From an uncultured Desulfospira sp. (GTDB lineage: Bacteria; Desulfobacterota; Desulfobacteria; Desulfobacterales; Desulfobacteraceae), in contig OY760175.1 in assembly GCA_963663165.1 (NCBI GenBank), positions 2,016,001-2,080,000 of the forward strand: a stretch of 64,000 bases of DNA, read 5' to 3'. Numbering within the stretch: position 1 is the first letter of the stretch; each line of letters begins with the position of its first letter. Both the position numbers and the translations under genes were made by a program. Of the stretch, positions 10,337 through 19,684 are shown piece after piece. Under the pieces are notes generated by a model, which saw only the letters and a program-made list of their open reading frames with translations, made no database searches and had not been told where the DNA came from.

Positions 10337-10556
10337 CGAAACTTCACCCATCTGCGGCGTTGCTTCAAAAATCTGCAATCCTCACAACCAAAAGGTTGCT
10401 CCGGTTGCAGATTTTCTTGCGCCTTGCATATGGGCAAACTTTCACTCAAACACGAACCAGACGAAACTTCACCCATCTGCGGCGTTGCTGCAGGATTTTA
10501 AGATCTTAACGTATGACAAATACGCTCCGGTCTCAAAATCCTCCGGGTGCAAGCCC
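10337..10556. repeat. Two tandem copies of a structured ~110-125-bp intergenic element
   Basis: 28-bp identity cgaaacttcacccatctgcggcgttgct at 10337 and 10462; each copy folds into a nested hairpin. Confidence 0.8.
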
Positions 10557-10627
10557 CTGTCGGTTCAATTCCAACCTTCGGCACCACGAATATCAAGGCT
10601 TTCAGCGTTTCAGCGGGAAGCCTTTTT

Positions 10628-10720
10628 TATATGAAAGTCTCACTAACATCTTGAGAAAACTTTCATTATTCGTTGTGGGCGGTTCTTGGTTGGATAACCA
10701 AGGCGGCCCGTGGCCGTTAT
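10628..10720 (-). repeat. Modular two-hairpin dispersed repeat (second copy at 53571-53708)
   Basis: Reverse complement is near-identical to the modules at 53571-53708. Confidence 0.9.
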
Positions 10721-11060
10721 TTGAAATTTTGAGGGCTAACAAAAAGGTTGTGCCCCGGTAATTTCCAAAATCATCCTTTTCCTTTTATGGGTTTGGTGCC
10801 CCATAACTATTAATAACAGTCCGGGCTTTGAATCCATCATTGGAGGGATTCCGTTTTTGACATTGTCTGCGGTGTGCCCCCTCCACAATGCTTCTGTTAT
10901 TGGACTCTGTTTTGAAATAGGCCGGGGCGGGCTTAAATAGACAGGTTGTAGGGTTTCCAATTCCTCAAAAGTTCAGGAAATTAACGTGAAAATCTGCGGT
11001 ATATCCGTCAGCATTTTTTTGTTTTGGCTATTTATACTTTTTGTTCTCTGATATTTTAAT

Positions 11061-11098
11061 TTGACGCGCATCCTAAAAAGCATTATAAATAGTACTAT
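11061..11098 (+). promoter_or_regulatory. Sigma-70 promoter and operator palindrome of the first TA operon
   Basis: TTGACG-N17-TATAAA followed by palindrome atagtactat. Confidence 0.6.
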
Positions 11099-11133
11099 AA
11101 AAAGTTTTTGCAAAATGAAAATAGGAGGTTTTC

Positions 11134-11385
11134 ATGAATACTATAACGGCAAACCAACTAAAAACAAAGGGAGTCTCTGTAATTCAAAACAATCTCTTGC
11201 AGAATCAGGAATTGGTAATCACAGTTCGTGGTAAAGAAAAATTTGTTGTAATGAATATGGAACATTATAATTATCTACGAGAATGTGAATTAGATGCTGC
11301 TCTTCACCAGGCAAAATCTGATTATGAATCTGGAAGCTATATAACCGAAGATGTAGAAGCCCATATCAAAAGAATTACACAGTGA
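11134..11385 (+). CDS. Phd/YefM family antitoxin
   Basis: MNTITANQLK...LVITVRGKEKFVVM; RBS ggagg; overlaps the toxin start. Confidence 0.85.
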   Translation: MNTITANQLKTKGVSVIQNNLLQNQELVITVRGKEKFVVMNMEHYNYLRECELDAALHQAKSDYESGSYITEDVEAHIKRITQ

Positions 11386-11657
11386 CTTATACCCTCATCT
11401 ATACAAATAGTTATATTAAAAGGGCTTCTAAATTTGTCAAAAAGCACCCTGATTTAGTGTCTCAATATGAAAAAACACTGAAACTGCTGGAAATTGATCC
11501 AACTCATCCTTCATTAAGACTCCATCCATTGAAAGGGAAATTGAAAGAATTGCATTCCGTATCCATTAATATTTCTTATAGAATTACCCTTGAATTTATT
11601 CTTGTTAACAAAGAAATCATCCTGGTGAATGTTGGGCATCATGATGAAGTGTACTAA
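11382..11657 (+). CDS. RelE/YafQ-superfamily toxin
   Basis: PSLRLHPLKGKL...SINISYRI...VGHHDEVY; coupled to the antitoxin (GTGA overlap). Confidence 0.85.
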   Translation: MTYTLIYTNSYIKRASKFVKKHPDLVSQYEKTLKLLEIDPTHPSLRLHPLKGKLKELHSVSINISYRITLEFILVNKEIILVNVGHHDEVY

Positions 11658-11917
11658 AGTCAATTGTCACTTTCCAATTTTTGGCAAATGCTTCCTATAA
11701 GCCCTATTTCTGGGTCAACATGGGACCGCTAAGAGCTGATTTTAAGGATTTTTTGGGAATTTTATCATTTAAAAACAAAAGGTTGTAAGTTTTTGCTTGG
11801 TCTGACCCCTTTTTCCGGTCTCCTTTTCTCCGGTTTCCGTTTTTTACATTCACAAACAATATCCAAATATCATACCGGATTATGATGTGGTTACCCTACC
11901 CCGGAAATCAAAATGTG

Positions 11918-11946
11918 TTGACAAATGATACACATAGCCATATACT
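11918..11946 (+). promoter_or_regulatory. Sigma-70 promoter of the second TA operon
   Basis: TTGACA-N17-TATACT. Confidence 0.7.
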
Positions 11947-11987
11947 TTTTTCCATCATTTTTATGACCTTTCAGGGGAGTTGATTAT

Positions 11988-12278
11988 ATGGAAAATGCTC
12001 ACCAAACAACGGCCCGCCGGACATCCGCCATTCATATTCGGGCGTTTCCTGCCCAGAGGGAACTAATAAAGCAGGCCTGTGGCGAACTTAACAAAAAAAT
12101 GACTGATTTCATCCTTGAGGCTGCCTGCCGTGAAGCGGAATCTGTCCTGTGTGACCGCCGATATTTCTCATTGAGCCCTGAAAGCTTTGACGCATTCGAG
12201 AATGCGTTAAATACCCCCTTAAGTGAAAACCAGACGGTAAAGCATCTCCTGGCCACCCCCTCTCCATGGGAAAAATAA
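11988..12278 (+). CDS. DUF1778 RHH antitoxin (TacA/AtaR type)
   Basis: IHIRA...LIKQA...TDFILEAACREAE...SFDAFENAL...LLATPSPWE. Confidence 0.9.
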   Translation: MENAHQTTARRTSAIHIRAFPAQRELIKQACGELNKKMTDFILEAACREAESVLCDRRYFSLSPESFDAFENALNTPLSENQTVKHLLATPSPWEK

Positions 12279-12739
12279 CGCCACCGGCCCCCATCAAAAA
12301 AGAGCATCAAACCCAGGGGTTTGACTGCGCCATTATTTCACTCAATGAATGGCTGGTCCGGCGGGCAATGAAGAACGAATATTCAGGGGCTTCCCGGACA
12401 TATGTTGTTTGCAATGAACGCCGGGTGGTGGGATATTATGCCCTGGCGGCCGGCAGCGTTACCAGAGCTGATGTTCCTGGAAAAATAAAAAGGAATATGC
12501 CCGAGCCGATTCCGGTACTGGTTCTTGGCCGTTTGGCTGTGGATTACCGGTATCATGGGAAAGGCATCGGACAGGGGCTGCTCAAAGATGCCGTTGCAAG
12601 GGCTATTAATGTTTCACTGCAAATTGGCACCAAAGCATTTCTGGTACATGCATTGAACACGAATGCCGAACTTTTTTATTTAAAACATGGCTTCATAAAG
12701 GGGCCGGTGTTGAATACCTTGTTTTTACCCCTCGGATAA
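12266..12739 (+). CDS. GNAT acetyltransferase toxin (TacT/AtaT type)
   Basis: GFDC...VVGYYALAAGS...PIPVLVLGRLAVD...GKGIG...FYLKHGF. Confidence 0.9.
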   Translation: MGKITPPAPIKKEHQTQGFDCAIISLNEWLVRRAMKNEYSGASRTYVVCNERRVVGYYALAAGSVTRADVPGKIKRNMPEPIPVLVLGRLAVDYRYHGKGIGQGLLKDAVARAINVSLQIGTKAFLVHALNTNAELFYLKHGFIKGPVLNTLFLPLG

Positions 12740-12773
12740 AAGTAGAATAAATAGGTCCGGCGTCCCCGGCGTA

Positions 12774-12837
12774 AATTCCGTAATTCCGTAATTCCGGGGA
12801 CACCTTACTTAATTATTTGGAATTAAGTAAGGTGTCC
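12774..12837. repeat. Perfect 17-bp inverted repeat preceded by aattccgN x3 (REP-like)
   Basis: ggacaccttacttaatt (12798-12814) / aattaagtaaggtgtcc (12821-12837). Confidence 0.85.
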
Positions 12838-13391
12838 GTAAGCCGTAACGACTGTGGTTCTATCAGGTTTAAGTCCGGCAGGAGGAATTGTCCGTACGCC
12901 TTCTTAGCCCTTTTTACCCCCAAAAACATATAATTAAGACCCAATATGCTTATAATTTTCATGGTTTTTGCCTGTTTTCCGATGGGGTGACTTGTCCCGA
13001 CCCCAACACAAAAACAACACAAAAAATTGGAAACCCGGGGGAAACCCAAAAAACAATTCGAAATAATATAACCTTGCTGCTTCAAGGGACGGCAAAAGGC
13101 CCGCCGCCCCCGAGCAGCCCGTGAAAATAATAAAAAATCAAAATTTTTGAGGAATAGCATAGCGACAGACTATTTATGAACTCCCAGGTTTTTTTTGAGG
13201 GGGTGTTGACTTCTTTGGGTTTTGATTGATGATCTGAATATAAGATGTGCATAGATCAGGAAGTTTGCCCTTTCTATTCCTCCACATTTTTCAGCTTTCC
13301 CCAGATGCTTTTTTAGTTGTGGCTACCTTTCCAAATAATATTTAATGTTGTATAGTTATTTTGATTATTTCATTTAAAGGGAATTTAAAGC

Positions 13392-13652
13392 ATGACTGAA
13401 ATAAAAAAAAATGTCAGTTTTTCATTGGGTGCGCGAGACCGTGCCTTTATTGAAAGCCAGGTGGAACATGGTCGTTTTGGTAATAGAACAGAAGTCGTAC
13501 GGGCAGGGTTGCGTCTTTTGGAAGACTATGAGTATAGACAAAGGTTACAGCGTTTACGGGCTGAAATTGCAACAGGCGATGCAGACATAAAAGCCGGGCG
13601 GGTAACTGAATATGACAGCGCAACATCTCTATTCAATGACATCATGGCTTAA
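13392..13652 (+). CDS. ParD family (RHH) antitoxin
   Basis: SFSLG...FIESQVEHGRFGNRTEVVRAGLRLLE. Confidence 0.88.
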   Translation: MTEIKKNVSFSLGARDRAFIESQVEHGRFGNRTEVVRAGLRLLEDYEYRQRLQRLRAEIATGDADIKAGRVTEYDSATSLFNDIMA

Positions 13653-13664
13653 AATAAGGCAGGT

Positions 13665-13969
13665 ATGACATCAAATCCTTTAGTTTAATCCTGACTGATC
13701 AGGCGGTAGCAGATTTTAAGGATATTCGAGACTTTATTGCTCGGGAAAATCCAAGCGCAGCAGCATCATTTATTAAGGATCTTACGGATAAGTTAAAAGA
13801 CCTTTCAGATAAGGGGGCTACCGGCTCACCAAGGGACTGGGTAAGCACAGGATTAAGGGGATTTCCTTACAACGGGCATTGTTTTTATTTCCGAATTATC
13901 AAAGGCAAAATGATTGTGGTCCGGATACTTCATGGGAAACAGGATGTCACGACACAATCCTTCTTCTAA
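13665..13969 (+). pseudogene. RelE/ParE family toxin, frameshifted immediately after the start (or sequencing indel)
   Basis: Frame from 13673 reads KSFSLILTDQAVADFKDIRDFIARENPSAAA...VVRILHGKQD; ATG at 13665 is out of frame and stops after 7 codons. Confidence 0.8.
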
Positions 13970-14156
13970 ACTGGAAATCCGTAAAGGTCATAAGAGCCCG
14001 GGCGAATATTAAATAAATGCAAAATTTTTGCCTGATGTTTCCAAGGTTTTCTTGGGGTAAGTCAACAATCCTATCAATAAAATGAGAAATTCAGGCCTTT
14101 TTTGCGGATTTTGCCTGTCATTAAAATATATTAAGGATGCCCAAAGCCTGCTCTTT

Positions 14157-14495
14157 TCAATCGAGTTTTGCGATACTCCCGACGGCGAAGGTTGCGCATT
14201 GAAGGGCAATACTTTTTTTCTTTACCCAAAGCCTGACCATGGAAACAGATTCCCCTTCCATGTTGGCAATACTGGGCTGCTCTTCTATGTACAAAATGTC
14301 TTTAATATTAAATTCATAGTAAAACGTATGTTCGCTGAACGGATCTGCAACCAGGATTACCCTGTTTTTTTCATGGGGATGCTTTTTGGGAGAGCCGTAA
14401 AACGAACAGCAGTTTTTTTTATCAAAATCCGGGTTTCTGACATACTTTTGCAATTCAAGGCTGTCTTTGAGCTTAATAAATTTGTCAGTTGTCAT
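14157..14495 (-). CDS. Conserved hypothetical protein
   Basis: 112-aa ORF with RBS aggag and GSPKKHP...ILVADP motif; function not supportable. Confidence 0.7.
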   Translation of the reverse strand: MTTDKFIKLKDSLELQKYVRNPDFDKKNCCSFYGSPKKHPHEKNRVILVADPFSEHTFYYEFNIKDILYIEEQPSIANMEGESVSMVRLWVKKKSIALQCATFAVGSIAKLD

Positions 14496-14823
14496 ACAAA
14501 GCGCTCCTTGATTAAAATCCAATTAGATAAATTGATTTTACACCAAAATTTAAACCGATTTTACCCAAAATAAAATCATATCCCGCCATGTCAAGAGGAG
14601 CCTGCATAGTCTTGACATGGCCGCTGACGTCAAACATTTAACAAATACAAAAAAACGGTTACGATAGGATAAAAACGGCATACACAACCCCATTCCTCCG
14701 GGGCAGTTACCGCTTTTGAGATCAAAAAAAACGATCAGGAAGGGAAACATTCCCCCGGGTTGTGGTCCATCCTTACCGGGGGAATGCCTTCAATCAAAAT
14801 ATTATAATGTCAGTGATCTTTTG

Positions 14824-16074
14824 TTAATGCTTAAAGCTGCGCTGGCCGGTGTAGACCATGGTGGCACCGGTCTCGTTGCAGGCCTCGATGGACTGGTAGT
14901 CGTTCAAAGAGCCGCCGGGCTGGATCACAGCCTTGACCCCCTGCCTCAACCCTACGTCAATGCCATCCCGGAAGGGAAAGAAGGCATCCGACACCATGGC
15001 GGCGCCAATGAGCCCGCCGTTGACCCGGGCCACCCGTTCTTCGATTTCAGAGCGTTTGTCCTTGTCGGTGAGATCGGCAAAGGATATCTGGTGCTGCTCA
15101 TAGCAGTACCGGTCGGCCAGCTTGCGATAGGCCTTGTCCACAGCGATTTCAGCAACCCCCACCCGGTCCTGTTCGCCGGTGCCGATGCCCACGGTGCAGT
15201 TGTCTTTCACGTAAATCACCGAGTTGGATGTGATGCCTGATTCCACCAGCCAGCCAAAGAGCATGTCCTGGTATTCCTGTTCTGTGGGGTTACGGTCCAC
15301 GGTAAAGGTCTGCCCTTTGTACTCGGTGGCAGCCAGGCTCAGGTCTTCTTTTTTCAAGGTGGTGGGCACAAAGGACCACTGGGCCACCAGCCCCCCGTCC
15401 ATCAGGCTTTTAAAATCCACCACCCGCTCACCGATAAAGCTTTGCAGCCGGTCAATGGCATTGATCCGGATAACCCTTAAGTTCTTTCTCTGACCCAGGA
15501 TGTCAATAACCCCGTCTTCAAATTCAGGGGCCACCACCACTTCGGCGTACTGGGAGGCAATGGCTTCTGCAGTGGCCTTGTCCACGGCCCGGTTCAGGGC
15601 GATACAGCCGCCAAAGGCGGCCACCCGGTCTGCCATATACGCTTTGTGATAGGCCTGTTCAAGGCTGTCTGCCCTGGCCGCTCCGCAGGGGTTGTTGTGC
15701 TTGACAATAACCGCGCAGGGCATGTCCGTGAAGTACCGTAAAATATTCAAAGAGTTGTCCGCATCGGTCAGGTTGGTTTTTCCCGGATGTTTGCCCGACT
15801 GAAGCAGCTCTATATCGGATACCAGATATTTGCCCGGGGCAATGGTCTTTGCGTCTCCCAGGGCTAAATTCCCGTTGACCAGCCGGTAAAGGGCGGCCTC
15901 CTGGCCCGGGTTTTCCCCATACCGCAGGCCTTTTTCAACCCCGTCTATGACCCAGGACACCTTTTCATAGAACAGGGTCTGCCGTTTGTCTCCGTCCACA
16001 AAGCTGATTTCCATGGCCGGGGTAAAATGGTCATCCATTATGGTTTTGTACATCTGCTTTAAGTCTTTGGACAT
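14824..16074 (-). CDS. purH: PurH C-terminal half (AICAR transformylase domain), stand-alone
   Basis: LRYGENPGQEAA, VKHNNPCG, SNSV, GTGEQDRV, SDAFFPF, IQPGGS and RSFKH motifs. Confidence 0.9.
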   Translation of the reverse strand: MSKDLKQMYKTIMDDHFTPAMEISFVDGDKRQTLFYEKVSWVIDGVEKGLRYGENPGQEAALYRLVNGNLALGDAKTIAPGKYLVSDIELLQSGKHPGKTNLTDADNSLNILRYFTDMPCAVIVKHNNPCGAARADSLEQAYHKAYMADRVAAFGGCIALNRAVDKATAEAIASQYAEVVVAPEFEDGVIDILGQRKNLRVIRINAIDRLQSFIGERVVDFKSLMDGGLVAQWSFVPTTLKKEDLSLAATEYKGQTFTVDRNPTEQEYQDMLFGWLVESGITSNSVIYVKDNCTVGIGTGEQDRVGVAEIAVDKAYRKLADRYCYEQHQISFADLTDKDKRSEIEERVARVNGGLIGAAMVSDAFFPFRDGIDVGLRQGVKAVIQPGGSLNDYQSIEACNETGATMVYTGQRSFKH

Positions 16075-16100
16075 GGTAGATCTCCTTTAATTAGGTGTTT

Positions 16101-16161
16101 AGGCTGAAGGGGCTTAGGCTGAAGGGATCAATACCCATCCTTCAGTCTTCAGCCTTCAGTC
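16101..16161. repeat. Inverted heptamer repeat (GGCTGAA / TTCAGYC)
   Basis: aggctgaagg x2 followed by ttcagtc-ttcagcc-ttcagtc between the purH halves. Confidence 0.7.
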
Positions 16162-16169
16162 TATTTACC

Positions 16170-16844
16170 CTAAAAGTAACAGGCCTTGATTTCATCAAAG
16201 GGGCGATTGGCAAGGTAGTCGGCAATGGCCCGGTCGTATCGGGCGGTATGTTCGAATGCCTTTTGGGCCAGTTCAAACCGGTCTGACAGGCCAAGGGTAC
16301 CGGCGCCAGCCGTCATCTGTTCTAAAATTTTGGGATAGGAACCCGGGTCCACCACCGAAGCCACCCGGATAAAATTCTTGGCCGCTGCCCGGATCATGGT
16401 CGGGCCGCCAATGTCAATATTGCCCCGGGCGTTTTCCGGTGTGGCATCGGGTTTGGCAATGGTCTGGCCAAAGGGGTAAAGGTTGACCACGACCATATCA
16501 ATGGCCCGGGCATGGGTCCGCTTCAGGTCCTGCTGGTGATCGGGATTGTAGGTTTCCGTGAGCAGGCCCAGATAAATTTTAAAATCCAGGGTCTTCACCA
16601 GCCCTCCCTGGGTTTCGGGCTGGCCTGTGTATTCGGATACCGGCTTTAAATATTTATCGGCGTCAGTCCCGAGGATCTCCTTAATCTTTGAATATGTTCC
16701 GCCCGTGGAAAGAATCAGAATATCGGGGTTCAGAGCCACAATCCCCGGAATAAACGTTTCCAGGCCGGTCTTGTCTGATACGCTTGCCAGGATGGTATTG
16801 ATTTTTACAGGGTCATCAATTTGATCAACAACATTTTTTCCCAT
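16170..16844 (-). CDS. purH: PurH N-terminal half (IMP cyclohydrolase, MGS-like domain), stand-alone
   Basis: SVSDKTGL, STGGT, GGLVKTL, VVVNLYPF, NIDIGGPTMIRAAAKN and AFEHTARYD; start at ATG 16844 chosen. Confidence 0.9.
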   Translation of the reverse strand: MGKNVVDQIDDPVKINTILASVSDKTGLETFIPGIVALNPDILILSTGGTYSKIKEILGTDADKYLKPVSEYTGQPETQGGLVKTLDFKIYLGLLTETYNPDHQQDLKRTHARAIDMVVVNLYPFGQTIAKPDATPENARGNIDIGGPTMIRAAAKNFIRVASVVDPGSYPKILEQMTAGAGTLGLSDRFELAQKAFEHTARYDRAIADYLANRPFDEIKACYF

Positions 16845-16974
16845 GATCGTTCCTTTGGTTAACTTTTGGCTGTTAGCTTTTAGCTGGTAGCGCTTAGCCG
16901 TTAGGGGGTCTTTAACCGCCTGTTCATGAAATTTTAAATGGTACAAATCAAGGGATGGTAGTATGATTTCAAAT

Positions 16975-17649
16975 TCAGGTCAAGGCTGTAATTTCCCGGA
17001 CCACCGGGGCCATGGCCGCCCGGTCTTCCGGGGGGATCATGAGGACGGGGATCTTTTGGTTTCTGATGAAATGTCTGCCGGTCCGGTCCGGATCGGGCCT
17101 GGTATAGCCGGCTTCTGAAAACAAAAGGATCATGTCAGAAAGATTGCCGAAAACACCCGGCTGGTCCATCTGCTCAATATACTGAAGAAAGATATTGTTC
17201 AAGGTCAATACCCGGGGCGGCATCCGGGCATACCCGGTCTTTTCACAGGATACCTCGGACATCATGGCCCGGCATCCAAAGGGCCTTGATTCATACACCG
17301 TACAAAGGTTGTTTTCCAGCAAGGGGCACTGGCCCCACAGGGGATCATTTTCCTCTTCAGGGGTTTCTTGTCCGGACATGCAGGCTTGAACAAACCCATT
17401 GGTGGTCAAGGCCGGAATATACCGTTTTTCAGGGAAATTATCCTTAACTTTTTTTACAACCCTTTGTTTTGCCTGGCTGCCGAGCCGCAGGAATAAAAAC
17501 TCAACCTCAAGGCTGGTCACCGTTACATTACAGGTACAGCAGCCGGCACAACCCTGCCGGCATGCCGGCCCGGCCCCTTCAAGTTTGAGGATCTTTTCCA
17601 GGGCCCTCTCATAAAGGGCGTACAGGGCTCCAAGTGTGTTAACCATCAT
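16975..17649 (-). CDS. YkgJ-family cysteine-cluster (CxxxCxxCC) protein
   Basis: CRQGCAGCC and CPLL...CTVYESRPFGCR. Confidence 0.82.
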   Translation of the reverse strand: MMVNTLGALYALYERALEKILKLEGAGPACRQGCAGCCTCNVTVTSLEVEFLFLRLGSQAKQRVVKKVKDNFPEKRYIPALTTNGFVQACMSGQETPEEENDPLWGQCPLLENNLCTVYESRPFGCRAMMSEVSCEKTGYARMPPRVLTLNNIFLQYIEQMDQPGVFGNLSDMILLFSEAGYTRPDPDRTGRHFIRNQKIPVLMIPPEDRAAMAPVVREITALT

Positions 17650-19411
17650 TTTGATCTGTGGTTTGAGCGGTTTTCAACTCACTCTTTTTTTTGGATTTGG
17701 TATACCATTCATACTTACCGTACAGTTTTTCCGTGCACTCCGGACAGATGGCATGGCTGAACAGCACACTTGAATGATTTTGAATATAGGTTTCCAGATT
17801 ATTCCAAAAGCCCTTGTCGTCCCGGATCTTTTTGCAATTGGCGCAAATGGGGACAAGCCCGCTTAAGACATTTACCTTTTCAAGGGCATCCTGAAGTTTC
17901 CGGATCAGCTGTTCTTTTTCAATCTGAGCATTTTTTGATTCCGTAATATCCTGAATACTGCCAAAAAGCCGGACAGCCTTATTGCTGCTGCCATACTCGG
18001 CCTTCCCGTTAATCCAGAGCCATTTTACTTTTCCTTTGGACAGGCATACCTGGTATTCGAATTCAGCCTCCCCCTCTTTGAACATTTTAATAAGGGCTTC
18101 TTCGCTGGGCCTGATGTAATCGGGATGAATCAGCTCAAGCAAGGTGGCATATTTTACGGGGCCGTCATCCCGGTTTATCTCGAAAATTGAGTAGGTTTCA
18201 TCGGCCAGGGTATAGACCCCTCCGGCCACATCGTACTCCCACCAGCCCGATTTGCCTAAACGGTTGGCGGTTTCCAGTTTTCCGGTCAGGTCCTTGAGCT
18301 TCTGGTTGGTTGTTTCAAGTTCGGTAACGGTTTCGGCAAGGGCAGTCTGGGCCCGCCGGCGTTCTTTTATTTCCTCTTCAAGGTGACCGGTTTCTTCAGC
18401 TATCTTTTGTTTTAATTCATCGGTATGGAGCAGGACCCTGTCGGCCAGAGGGCTCATTAAAAGCCAGAACCCTGACAGAATCACCAGATAAGCAATAAAA
18501 GACCCCAGCCCCCAATAAACAAAACGGATATTCAAGGATTCATACAGCTCTTTTTTATTTTGCAGCACCACAAGCCCCCAGTCAGGGCTGTCCAGATGAT
18601 GGTAAGCGGCGACATAGTCTGAAGATATATTGTCCATGCCCGACTCGCCCCGGCACGCCTTGATCAGCACGGCCTCAAGTAAATCCCGGGGGACACCGGC
18701 ATTGTCTTTTTCTGCTTTGGAAAACGGGGTCAGTATCCCCTTTTCGGTAGCAACCCCAAGAATAACTTTCCGGTTGTCTTCAGGAGATAACCCGTTCTGG
18801 ACAATTTTTTTAAGGGCGCAAAGGTCAATCATTACCAGATCAGCCCCCAGATATGTTTTTGAGCGGTTCAGGATAGGGGCACTGACAAAAAGGGTGCATT
18901 GGGATGGGTTGCTGAACGGATTTGACAGGGATATGGTAAAGGGCTGGGTATAATCAATGGAGAACGTGGGGGGTGATATGGCCTGTCCGCACTGGGCCAC
19001 CAGTTGTCCTTGCCGGTCCAGCCGGGTGATGCCGATGATCTCTTCGGACTGGTCCATGGCATCGGACAATTTGGGCGTTGTAAAGGCAGAAAGTTCTTCA
19101 AGACTGATCCGGCCATGGTTGTATTTTTCAAGTTCCTGCCTGATCCGTGAGCGGCTGGTCACCTGAAAGGCCACATCTTTGACCCGTCTTGCCCACTCAT
19201 CCACCGCCATGGCCCTCATATCGGCATCGTGAAGGACCTTGCTGTTTTCCGTATCTTTCAAGCGGTTGTATATGGGGACCACCATAGCGGCAATCAAGGT
19301 AAGGGAAAAAATCAAAAAAAAGGAGGCCGAATATAAAAAAAGGGTTTTCCTGAATTTTTGGGGGGATATGGTTTTCAATTGCTGTTTCAAAATCTGCCTT
19401 TTTAACCGCAC
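17639..19411 (-). CDS. Membrane sensor: 2 TM helices with extracytoplasmic Cache-like domain, PAS domain and C-terminal Cys-rich motif
   Basis: Two TM segments; GWWEYD...IHPDY...QDITE PAS; ICANCKKIRD...SHAICPEC. Confidence 0.8.
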   Translation of the reverse strand: MRLKRQILKQQLKTISPQKFRKTLFLYSASFFLIFSLTLIAAMVVPIYNRLKDTENSKVLHDADMRAMAVDEWARRVKDVAFQVTSRSRIRQELEKYNHGRISLEELSAFTTPKLSDAMDQSEEIIGITRLDRQGQLVAQCGQAISPPTFSIDYTQPFTISLSNPFSNPSQCTLFVSAPILNRSKTYLGADLVMIDLCALKKIVQNGLSPEDNRKVILGVATEKGILTPFSKAEKDNAGVPRDLLEAVLIKACRGESGMDNISSDYVAAYHHLDSPDWGLVVLQNKKELYESLNIRFVYWGLGSFIAYLVILSGFWLLMSPLADRVLLHTDELKQKIAEETGHLEEEIKERRRAQTALAETVTELETTNQKLKDLTGKLETANRLGKSGWWEYDVAGGVYTLADETYSIFEINRDDGPVKYATLLELIHPDYIRPSEEALIKMFKEGEAEFEYQVCLSKGKVKWLWINGKAEYGSSNKAVRLFGSIQDITESKNAQIEKEQLIRKLQDALEKVNVLSGLVPICANCKKIRDDKGFWNNLETYIQNHSSVLFSHAICPECTEKLYGKYEWYTKSKKKSELKTAQTTDQNDG

Positions 19412-19605
19412 TGCCCTGCTATCCTCAAGGACAAGAGGATTTTTGTTTTACAAATCTGCTTGAAATCCTACTATAGTTTCTTTGAATAGTATCATTAAGT
19501 GTCAAAAAAGAAAACCATTCGAAGACACTGCCCTCGGGAAACCGCATTTATAACCCGGCATGATATTGGGGTCTTGTTAGTAAATTTTATAATGTATATT
19601 GTTGA

Positions 19606-19684
19606 GACTTGGGATATGGGATATGGGACTTGGGGAGGCCGTGAATGCCGCAATCCCCAGGTCCCATATCCCAAGTCCCAAGTC
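19606..19684. repeat. Inverted heptamer tandem repeat hairpin (GAYWTGG / CCAWRTC)
   Basis: gacttgg-gatatgg-gatatgg-gacttgg ... ccaggtc-ccatatc-ccaagtc-ccaagtc. Confidence 0.85.

Noticed and set aside
10337..10489. 28-bp direct repeat as a CRISPR array
   Set aside because: Only two copies, a 97-bp structured spacer and no cas genes
10332..10960. Short ORFs 10332-10634, 10513-10761 and 10736-10960
   Set aside because: They run through repeat elements and have no recognisable motifs or clear RBS
12813..13160. ORFs in the AT-rich spacer between TA modules
   Set aside because: Low-complexity translations with no family resemblance
11134..13969. Integron cassette array
   Set aside because: No integrase and no convincing RYYYAAC...GTTRRRY attC sites found by eye
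13196..14075. IS/MITE ends (tgttgactt ... aagtcaaca) around parDE
   Set aside because: Only 9 bp of clean match, no target duplication and no transposase
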